From the IMG/VR virus record IMGVR_UViG_3300043754_000006, positions 1 through 43,343 of that record: DNA of 43,343 nucleotides; one strand, written 5' to 3'. Shown here piece by piece: positions 9,565 to 17,588 of the stretch. Both the position numbers and the translations under genes were made by a program. Source of the DNA: a virus (taxonomy: Duplodnaviria; Caudoviricetes). The first letter of the stretch is position 1; each line of letters opens with the position of its first letter. Under the pieces are notes generated by a model, which was given only the letters and a program-made list of their open reading frames with translations, searched no databases and had not been told where the DNA came from.

Positions 9565-9669
9565 ATGATGGAGTTGCTGATTGTTTCGCATGTCGCTGCA
9601 GCGCTGGCTGGTGGGTTCATCGCCTGGATTGTCTGCAGCGTCAATTTTTTGAGTCAACCGGAGGCGTGA
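9565..9669 (+). CDS. Small single-TM peptide (34 aa)
   Basis: MMELLIVSHVAAALAGGFIAWIVCSVNFLSQPEA*; GTGA overlap with the next ORF. Confidence 0.45.
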   Translation: MMELLIVSHVAAALAGGFIAWIVCSVNFLSQPEA

Positions 9670-10832
9670 TGGAAGATCATTCGAAGCAGGCGGCGCATTA
9701 TGCGCGGGAGCTGCTGGAAGCGCAGGCAGCATCGGAATTCGACGCAAAGGTGATTGCCGACCTGGCCTCTGTGATGACTGCGCGCATTGAGCGCGGCACG
9801 GCTACGTTCTCTGACAAGATCACGCTGAAGCTTTGCACTGCGCTGCAGGCCGCCCAAGCCGCTGAGGGTGCGGTATCGGGGTTCAGGCTCGTACCGATTG
9901 AGCCCACCAGGGAAATGCTTCAGGCCGACGCCACGCAATTCACCGTCGGAACCGGACTGGGATACGAGGACAATAGGCGCCTCATGTGGAGAGCCATGCT
10001 TGCCGCCGCTCCCACGCCGCAAGCCGAGAGCGCCCACCCCTCGGCATCGGACGCGCCAGCCGGGGACGGGGGAGTGTTTAAGAACAAGCTTGCATGGGCA
10101 ACACTAATCGATGAGCATAAGTCTCATGACGGCAGCGTCGATTCGTTCGAACTGGCAGAATCGATAATCGACTCTCTCGCTGCAGCGACCCTCACGGATG
10201 CGACTGCCGAGCGCACTGCATTCGAAGCGTGGTACGCGCAAAGGGTTTCAGCGCCCATTGCCGACATAGTCGCCTTGCGTAGGGGTGATGGGTACACGTT
10301 GACTGCACCGTATCTTCAGTCGCTATGGACCTGCTGGCAATCCCGCGCCGCCCTCTCTCGCCCATCCGAGGCGGCGGGTGAGCAGGATTGGCATGCGCGA
10401 ATTCGCAAGTGGCGCGATGCGTTCGACGCCATGCATCGTCGAGCGATGAAGGCCGAAGCCGCCCTATCCGCAGGCTCCGAGGCGGCGGCAGGCGAGCCTA
10501 TCTATCAGATCAAGACCGAAGGCGTATTCGGACGATGGGACGACGTTTCTAAGGATCGCTACGACCAGTGCGTGACGCACGGCGATCCAACGCGCGCTCG
10601 CGTCGTCTACACCCACCCCGCCAGCGAGCCGCGCTTCTACAAACACATTGACGCTGAAGGAAACCCGTATTGGCTGCATACGCCACCCGCCAGCGAGTCG
10701 AAAGCGCTGACGGATGAGCATATAGACGCCTTGTGGGTCATGCGCGGCGACATTCACAACGGCGAACTGATGCCGCAGCTGCGCGACTTCGCCCGCGCAA
10801 TTCTTCGCCAATCTGATAAACCACAATCATGA
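9666..10832 (+). CDS. Mosaic Ea22/Ead-like multi-module early protein
   Basis: Recognisable modules (LVPIEPTREML..WRAMLAAAP; ERTAFEAW..WQSRAAL; LTDEHI..FARAI) joined by Ala/Pro linkers. Confidence 0.65.
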   Translation: MMEDHSKQAAHYARELLEAQAASEFDAKVIADLASVMTARIERGTATFSDKITLKLCTALQAAQAAEGAVSGFRLVPIEPTREMLQADATQFTVGTGLGYEDNRRLMWRAMLAAAPTPQAESAHPSASDAPAGDGGVFKNKLAWATLIDEHKSHDGSVDSFELAESIIDSLAAATLTDATAERTAFEAWYAQRVSAPIADIVALRRGDGYTLTAPYLQSLWTCWQSRAALSRPSEAAGEQDWHARIRKWRDAFDAMHRRAMKAEAALSAGSEAAAGEPIYQIKTEGVFGRWDDVSKDRYDQCVTHGDPTRARVVYTHPASEPRFYKHIDAEGNPYWLHTPPASESKALTDEHIDALWVMRGDIHNGELMPQLRDFARAILRQSDKPQS

Positions 10833-11443
10833 AATCAATAAAACTCGCAGCAATCACGGGGGCCTTTGCGCTCTGCGCGGCACTCTCTGCATGTGGTGGC
10901 GGCGGCGCGGCTGAACAGGCAGCAAGCGCCATATCGACGCCCGCACAGGCAGACAGCCAGCCAGCTGGCCCGATGGCCGTTAATCTCAAGTACCGGGCCA
11001 CGACGGTGGACAGCGGCATCTATTCGTCTGGCGGCGAAATGACCACGCAGCTGCCGCTTACGACGGGTTCGCCGTACAACTTCGCCAGCGTCTATTCGGT
11101 GACGATTCCGAACGTTGTCGATAGCGACGTGATCCACTGCGACGTGCAGGCGGAAATCACCAGCAACTACGATTTCGAAGTGCAGATTGATCGCGCCTTC
11201 GCCATCGGCACGACGAACGAGGCATGGCCCGAGCAAGTGCAACCGATACGCGGCACGAACGTCACGCTTTCAATGCATCACATGGCTATCGATTCGTCGT
11301 TCAACATCAAGCACCACACTGGCGCCGTCACTATCGCGTTCGACCTGTCTGCGGCGTCCACGGCTGGCCTGCAAGGGCAAGCGGTGACCGTCGAGCAGGG
11401 GTACGGCGGCATGCAGTGCTACATACTCGTTATCAAGCAGTAG
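10829..11443 (+). CDS. Lipoprotein of unknown function
   Basis: Signal peptide MKSIKLAAITGAFALCAALSA-C with lipobox LSAC, then GGGG and a beta-rich domain. Confidence 0.8.
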   Translation: MKSIKLAAITGAFALCAALSACGGGGAAEQAASAISTPAQADSQPAGPMAVNLKYRATTVDSGIYSSGGEMTTQLPLTTGSPYNFASVYSVTIPNVVDSDVIHCDVQAEITSNYDFEVQIDRAFAIGTTNEAWPEQVQPIRGTNVTLSMHHMAIDSSFNIKHHTGAVTIAFDLSAASTAGLQGQAVTVEQGYGGMQCYILVIKQ

Positions 11444-11471
11444 CATCCAGCGCGATGCGGCGAGCGAGAAA

Positions 11472-11492
11472 CCGGCTTCGGCCGGCTTTTTT
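11472..11492 (+). terminator. Rho-independent terminator ending the early/middle transcript
   Basis: CCGGC-TTCG-GCCGG stem-loop followed by CTTTTTT. Confidence 0.8.
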
Positions 11493-11511
11493 ACGCCTGG
11501 GGCTAACTCTA

Positions 11512-11727
11512 GTCCCAGATGGGACAACAGATTTTTTCGATAGTCCCACCGCAAACCCAATACCAGTAATGCTTTGCGGCTCTTGGGACTATATGGGACA
11601 AGATAATAAAACAATATAATGGGCTATAGAGCTACACTGTATATGCATACAGCATAGCCCACATACTCATTAGGAATCGTTGTCCCACTTGTCCCTTGGT
11701 CCCAAAGTTGGTCCCAGGCGCTGTCCC
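11512..11727. repeat. Iteron-like GTCCC/GGGAC array (10 copies) around an AT-rich core; putative replication origin
   Basis: GTCCC at 11512, 11543, 11682, 11691, 11699, 11711, 11723; GGGAC at 11521, 11585, 11595; non-coding. Confidence 0.6.
11637..11652. promoter_or_regulatory. LexA (SOS) box-like site CTGTATATGCATACAG
   Basis: Exact CTGT-N8-ACAG with an AT-rich spacer, 16 nt downstream of TATAAT (11615-11620). Confidence 0.6.
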
Positions 11728-11789
11728 TCAATTCGCGAAGCATGTAAAATCCCACACGTTGACAAAACGACGTAATTAACGGGGATGAC

Positions 11790-12278
11790 ATGCGATTACC
11801 GCGAAGCGTACAAGAAATAGCCGACGTGATCGGACGTGAACGCGCCCTGTATCTGATCGGGCAATTACCGCGATGTGTTGCTGGTGCGCCGGGTAAGCAG
11901 TCGTCTCGCGTGATGCTCTATGTGCCGACCGTTTCACGTTTGACGCTGCAGCACGAACTGGTGCGCATCCTGGGATACAAAGACGCGGTGAAGATGTGCC
12001 GACATTTCGGCGGCGAAATCCTGCAGCCGGCGAATTGCTCTGAGATTTACAGAAACTATCGAGATAGGATGATCGATAGTTATTTGCAGGAACGCGTTTC
12101 AGTCGCGCACATATCGGCGATCTTTTGCGTCTCGCGCGAAACCGTGAATGCGGTTCGACGCCTGCAGAAACCACAAGAGGATTCACCCGTGGCAGCGAAT
12201 GACAATGCCCCATCAAAACGAAGGGCGCGCGCTGTCAATGCATCCACAAGCCGATACCGGGGGAAACCTGCTGCTTAA
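11790..12278 (+). CDS. Mor/C-like late transcription activator
   Basis: LPRSVQEIADVIGRERAL..., FGGEIL, RDRMI and a C-terminal HTH (VAHISAIFCVSRETV); lies directly before the lysis and late genes. Confidence 0.7.
   Translation: MRLPRSVQEIADVIGRERALYLIGQLPRCVAGAPGKQSSRVMLYVPTVSRLTLQHELVRILGYKDAVKMCRHFGGEILQPANCSEIYRNYRDRMIDSYLQERVSVAHISAIFCVSRETVNAVRRLQKPQEDSPVAANDNAPSKRRARAVNASTSRYRGKPAA
12164..12206 (+). promoter_or_regulatory. Late promoter 1 (lysis/packaging): GCAGAAACCACAAGAGGA-N19-GACAAT
   Basis: One of five copies with identical spacing. Confidence 0.75.
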
Positions 12279-12477
12279 AATCGCCGGCTTGTGGGCGATG
12301 ATTGGCGTTACGTCATGGTCTGAGGCTGCGAGTTTCGCGGCCTTTTGCCTTACCGTGTATTTGTTCGCGCGGCACATCTGGCGCGATATCGTGCGGCCCT
12401 TCCTGGAAGATAAAGGCATCGTTAAGCGGCATCACAAGCATGCGCGCGACGATGACGATGCACTGGGGGCCGCATGA
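12238..12477 (+). CDS. Putative holin
   Basis: Small, two hydrophobic segments and a charged C-terminus; first gene of the lysis cassette. Confidence 0.65.
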   Translation: MHPQADTGGNLLLKIAGLWAMIGVTSWSEAASFAAFCLTVYLFARHIWRDIVRPFLEDKGIVKRHHKHARDDDDALGAA

Positions 12478-12710
12478 AGTTCATTGACGAAGCGCGTTTC
12501 TTTTGGCGCATGTATAGCACGCACGCTTACATGCTCACGATGGCTGTGCTGGGCGGCTTTGCGTGGCTGGCGAAAGTGCATCCCGAGTATTACGCGCGTG
12601 TGCCATCGTGGATGCTTGGCGTCGTCGCTGTCTTTCTGGCTTTCACGTATGGCATCAGCCGATGCGTGAAGCAGGTTTCGGTTTCGGGTGGCGACAATGC
12701 AGCCAGCTGA
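12474..12710 (+). CDS. Second small membrane protein (holin/antiholin)
   Basis: 78 aa with two TM segments, between the holin and the endolysin. Confidence 0.65.
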   Translation: MKFIDEARFFWRMYSTHAYMLTMAVLGGFAWLAKVHPEYYARVPSWMLGVVAVFLAFTYGISRCVKQVSVSGGDNAAS

Positions 12711-13155
12711 TTTTCTCGCTGCCGTGGCGCCATCTGCAAAGCTGTGCATGGCGCAAGCGAAAGTGCCAGCAAGCGTGACGCTGGCGCAGGCAATTCTTGA
12801 ATCTGCATGGGGTGGTTCAGCGCTCGCGACGCAGGGTTTCAATCTGTTCGGCATCAAGGCCGATCCATCGTGGCATGGGCAAACCATCACGATGCTGACG
12901 CATGAAGTCGTGAACGGCAAAACGATTGCGATAAATGCGCCGTTTCGCAAGTACACGTCCTGGCTTGGCAGTGTCGATGACCATGCGGCGTTTCTGCGCG
13001 GCAATCAGCGCTATGCGTCGGCATTCCTGACGACGACCGCTGAACAGTTCGTGACGCGCATTGCTCAGGCTGGATATGCGACCGACCCGAATTATGCGAG
13101 TGCGCTGATTTTCCTGATGCGCTCGCACAACCTTGAACAATACGACAGGGGCTAA
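12697..13155 (+). CDS. Endolysin, GH73 (FlgJ-type) glucosaminidase/muramidase
   Basis: AQAILESAWG, NLFGIKA, FRKY and GYATDPNY motifs. Confidence 0.92.
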   Translation: MQPADFLAAVAPSAKLCMAQAKVPASVTLAQAILESAWGGSALATQGFNLFGIKADPSWHGQTITMLTHEVVNGKTIAINAPFRKYTSWLGSVDDHAAFLRGNQRYASAFLTTTAEQFVTRIAQAGYATDPNYASALIFLMRSHNLEQYDRG

Positions 13156-13157
13156 AA

Positions 13158-13472
13158 ATGCTCTCAATCGTTGCCACCGTTATTTCGATCCTGAATGGGC
13201 TGTTCAATCTCTGCAAAGGATTGTTCGGAAAATCGTCGCAGCCAGTAGATGGCACGGCGAACGCTGTTGCGACCGAAAACAAGATCGGCGCCACGGCTGC
13301 CCAGGTTTCGCGCGATACGGCGCAGCAAGTGAATGAGGATATCCAAAATGCGACCACTGACGAGTCTGCTGGTGCTGCTGATGTGCGTGACGCTGACAGC
13401 GTGCGCGACCAGCAATCCGCAATCAATGACGCAATCGATCGCGCAAACGCATCAGCTGGTCCCGACAATTAG
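13158..13472 (+). CDS. Putative i-spanin (Rz-like)
   Basis: N-terminal hydrophobic anchor and helical tail; overlapped in another frame by a lipoprotein gene. Confidence 0.55.
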   Translation: MLSIVATVISILNGLFNLCKGLFGKSSQPVDGTANAVATENKIGATAAQVSRDTAQQVNEDIQNATTDESAGAADVRDADSVRDQQSAINDAIDRANASAGPDN

Positions 13473-13704
13473 CTGCTCGGAAGATACGCCCGATGTGACG
13501 CTGGGGGCGTATCCGCTACTGACGGACGATGCAGCGTTAGAGACGATGCCGCTGAACGAACAAGTGGCAGCACTGAAGAACGACCGAACGATGCAAGTCG
13601 TTTGGGCAGTCCAGACCAGCGGCGCGTTTGGATTGGAAAAGAAGATGCGCGCCGCGACACGAACCTGCCTGCAAACTCTCAGGGCGCGCGGGCTAATCAA
13701 CTGA
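13348..13704 (+). CDS. Putative o-spanin lipoprotein (Rz1-like)
   Basis: MRPLTSLLVLLMCVTLTA-C lipobox; GAGGA SD; starts inside the upstream gene. Confidence 0.65.
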   Translation: MRPLTSLLVLLMCVTLTACATSNPQSMTQSIAQTHQLVPTISCSEDTPDVTLGAYPLLTDDAALETMPLNEQVAALKNDRTMQVVWAVQTSGAFGLEKKMRAATRTCLQTLRARGLIN

Positions 13705-13718
13705 TAGGTGATTCGAAA

Positions 13719-14138
13719 ATGATTTCTCTTCTTTCCATCGTTTCGGCAGTCGAAGCCGTATTCACGGCAGCCGAAGAAGTCGAAACGGAATTCAACGTGC
13801 TGAAGCCGTACGTTACGCAGCTGATGCAGGCTGCTGAAACGGCGTATGGCACTTCGCAAATCGGCGGCCAGACCAAGTTCAATTCGGTCATGGCTGCAAC
13901 GAAGGCGATTGCGGCGCAGATCGGATTGACCTGGTCGAACGGTTTGGAAGCCGCCATCGCTGCGTTCATCAACGTGGCGAAAGCTGCTTTCAATGCGTTC
14001 GCTGGTGTTGTCTCGACTGTGGCACCGTCCACTGCTGCGGCTGTGTCGTCGGCTACCAGTGCAGTTTCGAGCGCAGCCAGCACGGCGAGCGCGGCGCTAG
14101 CATCGACCGTTGCTAGCCCGACTGTCACGCCGGCTTAA
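13719..14138 (+). CDS. Ala/Ser-rich hypothetical protein at the end of the lysis cassette
   Basis: AGGTG SD before ATG 13719; amphipathic helices and a low-complexity tail. Confidence 0.65.
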   Translation: MISLLSIVSAVEAVFTAAEEVETEFNVLKPYVTQLMQAAETAYGTSQIGGQTKFNSVMAATKAIAAQIGLTWSNGLEAAIAAFINVAKAAFNAFAGVVSTVAPSTAAAVSSATSAVSSAASTASAALASTVASPTVTPA

Positions 14139-14173
14139 CTGAAATAGTTTTCAACGCACGGTTTCAGTGATGA

Positions 14174-14210
14174 GCGCGCATCTGGGCAATCGGATGCGCG
14201 CTTTTTCTTT
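14174..14210 (+). terminator. Rho-independent terminator
   Basis: GCGCGCATC...GATGCGCGC stem followed by TTTTTCTTT. Confidence 0.65.
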
Positions 14211-14304
14211 CGGACGCAGACGAGCATCGATTAGGTACATGACTCTATATCGTCGCAATCCAGCAACAGTTGGGTTGACAAACGCCCAGATGGTGCACCG
14301 GCGT

Positions 14305-14350
14305 GGGTCCTTCCCCGGGGCGGCAGTGGGCGGTGACATGCTCGCCGCGC
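14305..14350 (+). other. Candidate cos region
   Basis: GGGTCCT (identical to lambda cosQ) at 14305; GGGCGGTGACAT (10/12 to the lambda cohesive end GGGCGGCGACCT) at 14328; just upstream of the small terminase. Confidence 0.5.
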
Positions 14351-14408
14351 CATCGCATGACTGGGACCGCTTAATAACCAAAAGTTATGATTACGGCGAA
14401 GCGATAGC

Positions 14409-14912
14409 ATGGGCGTGAAACTGAACCGTTCCGGCCTGGCTGAACACATGGGCGTAAGCCTGCCGACCGTTGATAGGTGGGTGAAAGATGGAATGCCCGT
14501 CGTTCAGCGCGGCGCGCGCGGCGTTGAATGGTCGTTCGACCTGGCAGATGTAATACGGTGGTACGCGCAGCGACAAGCCGAAGCAGCTGGGGGCGCCGTT
14601 GATGACCTGGCGGAAATCGAGAAGCGCACCGCGCGCGCAAAGATGGAGCAGGCCGAACTCGCGCTGGCGAAAGAAAAGGGTGTGGTTGCCCCTGTCCGTG
14701 AGTTTGAGCGCGTGCAGGCTGCTATGATGGCGGCTATTCGCCAGAACATTATGAACGTGCCGCAGCGGGCGGTTCTTCAGCTTCTGGGCGAGACGAACGA
14801 GACTGAGTTTAAACGAAAGCTGCGGGCCGAACTAACGCTGGCGCTTGAGCAATCCGCTAAGGCAGACCTGGCGCTGGATGACGACGAAGAAGAAGATGCA
14901 GACGACGCCTGA
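14409..14912 (+). CDS. terS: Terminase small subunit (lambda Nu1-like)
   Basis: LNRSGLAEHMGVSLPTVDRWVKDGMPV wHTH followed by a coiled coil. Confidence 0.9.
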   Translation: MGVKLNRSGLAEHMGVSLPTVDRWVKDGMPVVQRGARGVEWSFDLADVIRWYAQRQAEAAGGAVDDLAEIEKRTARAKMEQAELALAKEKGVVAPVREFERVQAAMMAAIRQNIMNVPQRAVLQLLGETNETEFKRKLRAELTLALEQSAKADLALDDDEEEDADDA

Positions 14913-15543
14913 AGTAATCTCGCGCGCTCAGGCCAAGACGCTTGGCTTGAAAACATATTTCACGGGCAACCCATGCCTTCGCGGACATATCGCCCTGAGG
15001 CAGACCGCCAGCGAAACATGCACGCAATGCGCCAAGGAAAAGCACAAGGCGCGCTACGCGGCGGACCCTACGCCGTACATCGCGCGCAGGATGGCGGCAT
15101 ACATCGCGAACCCTGAGGCAGAACGCGAGAAGATGCGGGGGCATTATCAGAAGAATAAGGGGGTGCAAGCCGCAAAGTCCCGCGAGCGATACTATGCCGA
15201 CCCCGAATCCCGTCGCGCAGCATCCCGAGAATGGGCTGCAAGGAACCCAGAAAAGCGCAAAGCGCAACACATCAAGCGACGCGCGCAGAAGCAAAACGCA
15301 GCTGCCGCGTGGAGCGTCGAGCTTACCGCGCTGGTTGCGCTTGAGGCGGCCGGCCTTACTGCTATGCGCGAGCGATGCACGGGCATATCGTGGCACGTTG
15401 ACCACATGCTTCCGCTGATTGGCAGAACGGTATGCGGCTTGCACGTATGGAATAACCTGCAGGTTATTCCGGCAGCAATGAACATGGGGAAGAAAAACCG
15501 GATGGTTTTCACCCAGCCAGGCGAATGGGTCGCTCGCCTATGA
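14896..15543 (+). CDS. HNH homing endonuclease inserted between terS and terL
   Basis: YFTGNPCLRGH...CTQC; WHVDHMLPLIGRTVCGLHVWNNLQV..N; paralogue of 7595-8212. Confidence 0.88.
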   Translation: MQTTPEVISRAQAKTLGLKTYFTGNPCLRGHIALRQTASETCTQCAKEKHKARYAADPTPYIARRMAAYIANPEAEREKMRGHYQKNKGVQAAKSRERYYADPESRRAASREWAARNPEKRKAQHIKRRAQKQNAAAAWSVELTALVALEAAGLTAMRERCTGISWHVDHMLPLIGRTVCGLHVWNNLQVIPAAMNMGKKNRMVFTQPGEWVARL

Positions 15544-17585
15544 AAGATGACGGCCAATTCTCAAACCTGGATGCGGTGGTAGGCGCGATGCGCGCCGCTG
15601 CCGTTCACCTGGTGCCGCCGCCGGATATGCTGCCATCTGAGTGGGCTGAAAATAACGTGGTAATCCCGGTTGGTAACGCCATCCCCGGGCCGATAAATTT
15701 CGACAATGCACCTTACCAAAGGGGCATGGTCAACGTCATCAAAGAGCCAGGCGTACTGCGGGCAGACTTCATGACGGGCGCCCAGATCGGAAAGACGCTT
15801 ACGATGCAGTGCGCGGTCGGGTTCTTTATCGCGCACGAACCGCGCAGCCAAATTTTCGCTCAGCCGTCGCAGGGCGACATGCAGACGTTCATGGAAACGA
15901 AGATGAAGCCGATGATTGAGGCTAATCCCGCGATTTCCATGCTGATGGCAAAGCCACGCAGCAGGCACGGCGTTAACAATTCCCGAATCGTTTCGTACGT
16001 CGGTGGATGGCTGATGACGGCGTGGGCCGGCTCACCGAAAACGGCTCGCGGACGCTCCGCCCCTGTAATTCATGCTGACGAAGTAGACGGAATGCCGCCT
16101 ACTGCCGAAGGCGATTTCGTTGAACTGCTGGGGCAGCGCGCCGCGACCTTTGGCGACCAGCGGCTTATGCTTCGCAGCAGCACACCAACCATTAAGGGTG
16201 CATCCCGCATCGAAACCGGCTTCCAGGAAGGTGACCAGCGGCGCTTCTATGTGCCCTGCCCTGACTGCGGCGAAGGCCAGTATCTGAAGTGGTCCAGCGT
16301 TCACTGGACGGGGCGCAAATCTACCGACATCGCTGACGCTGACGAAGATATCGGGCAAGAGCACCAGCCAGAAACTGCGATGTACAGCTGCGAAGCGTGC
16401 GGAGTTCTTTGGGATGACGGACGCCGGATCGGGGCAATTCGCAACGCAGAGCGCGACGGCCACGGCTGGAAAGCAGCAAAGCCGTTCAAAGGCCACGCGA
16501 GTTTTCATGCCCCAGAGATGCTTTCGACGTTCAGGCGCCTGCGCGATATCGTGCAATCGTATCTGGATAAGCTGGCCGTTGGCGACCTTCAGTCCTTCGT
16601 GAACGTTTCCTTGGCGGAAACTTGGGAAGAACGCGGCGACAAGGCCGACCCGAACACCCTGATGGCTCGCCGCGAGGTGTACCGCGCGCAGGTTCCGATG
16701 GGCGGCGTTTGGCTATCTGCCGGCATAGACGCGCAGCAGGACCGCCTGGAAGTTAAGGTGAAGGCGTGGGGCGTTGGGGAAGAGTCCTGGCGCATTGCGT
16801 ATTACGTCCTGTGGGGCGATCCGCTTGCGCCGGAAGTCTGGCAGGAATTGGAAGATGTGCTGAACGAAGAATTCGAGCACGAAAGCGGCGCCATGCTGCG
16901 CATCGGCGGCGCGTGCCTGGATACTGGCGGCACGAACTCATACACCCAGGTGGCATACGACTGGCTGCGCGGAAAGACTGGGCGCCGCATCTTCGGCGTG
17001 AAGGGCGTAGCAGGCTGGGGGCGCCCCATCGTTGAGAAGCCGCAGCGCAAGCAATCCGGCAAGAATGCGCGCAAGGTTGACCTGTTCTTGGTAGGCGTTG
17101 ACGAAGCGAAGTTGATAATCATGCGCCGTTTAAACATGCCGTCGCCAGGGCCTGGCTATATCCATTTCAGCCAGGATGCAGACGCCGAATACTTTCAACA
17201 GCTTACGGCGGAAAAGCTGGTGACGCGGTATGTGAAAGGCTACCCAAAGAGGGAATGGACAAAGCCAGACAGGGCGCGAAACGAAGCGCTGGACACTGAA
17301 GTGTACTCTTTCGCCGCGCTGAAGATAATGCAACCAAACCTGAAGCGCCTGGCGGAAAAGCTGCAGCAGTTCGCTCAACAAAATCGCGGCATTATCGCGA
17401 GAAAAACGGAAGAAACGCCGAAAAAAATCGGAGAACAGCAAAAAATCGCAGCAAACGACAACAAACCCACGCAGAACCCACAAGAGGAACGACCGGCACC
17501 GCGCACCGAGAATAGCGGCATTGTTCGGTCCAAGCGTGCCCTGAAGGCGAGAAATCAGAAGGGCAACTGGGCCACCAAATGGTGA
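15540..17585 (+). CDS. terL: Terminase large subunit (lambda gpA family)
   Basis: GAQIGKT Walker A, ADEVD Walker B, SSTPT, CPDC...CEAC, GIDAQQDRLE and RNEALD motifs. Confidence 0.95.
   Translation: MKDDGQFSNLDAVVGAMRAAAVHLVPPPDMLPSEWAENNVVIPVGNAIPGPINFDNAPYQRGMVNVIKEPGVLRADFMTGAQIGKTLTMQCAVGFFIAHEPRSQIFAQPSQGDMQTFMETKMKPMIEANPAISMLMAKPRSRHGVNNSRIVSYVGGWLMTAWAGSPKTARGRSAPVIHADEVDGMPPTAEGDFVELLGQRAATFGDQRLMLRSSTPTIKGASRIETGFQEGDQRRFYVPCPDCGEGQYLKWSSVHWTGRKSTDIADADEDIGQEHQPETAMYSCEACGVLWDDGRRIGAIRNAERDGHGWKAAKPFKGHASFHAPEMLSTFRRLRDIVQSYLDKLAVGDLQSFVNVSLAETWEERGDKADPNTLMARREVYRAQVPMGGVWLSAGIDAQQDRLEVKVKAWGVGEESWRIAYYVLWGDPLAPEVWQELEDVLNEEFEHESGAMLRIGGACLDTGGTNSYTQVAYDWLRGKTGRRIFGVKGVAGWGRPIVEKPQRKQSGKNARKVDLFLVGVDEAKLIIMRRLNMPSPGPGYIHFSQDADAEYFQQLTAEKLVTRYVKGYPKREWTKPDRARNEALDTEVYSFAALKIMQPNLKRLAEKLQQFAQQNRGIIARKTEETPKKIGEQQKIAANDNKPTQNPQEERPAPRTENSGIVRSKRALKARNQKGNWATKW
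17471..17513 (+). promoter_or_regulatory. Late promoter 2 (head genes), inside the 3' end of terL
   Basis: GCAGAACCCACAAGAGGA-N19-GAGAAT. Confidence 0.75.
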
Positions 17586-17588
17586 CCG

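Noticed and set aside
11018-11100. 9-10 nt complementarity between the candidate ncRNA loop (ACGAATAGACG) and the lipoprotein CDS
   Set aside because: The matches are short and mid-CDS; I cannot distinguish them from chance without an interaction-energy calculation.
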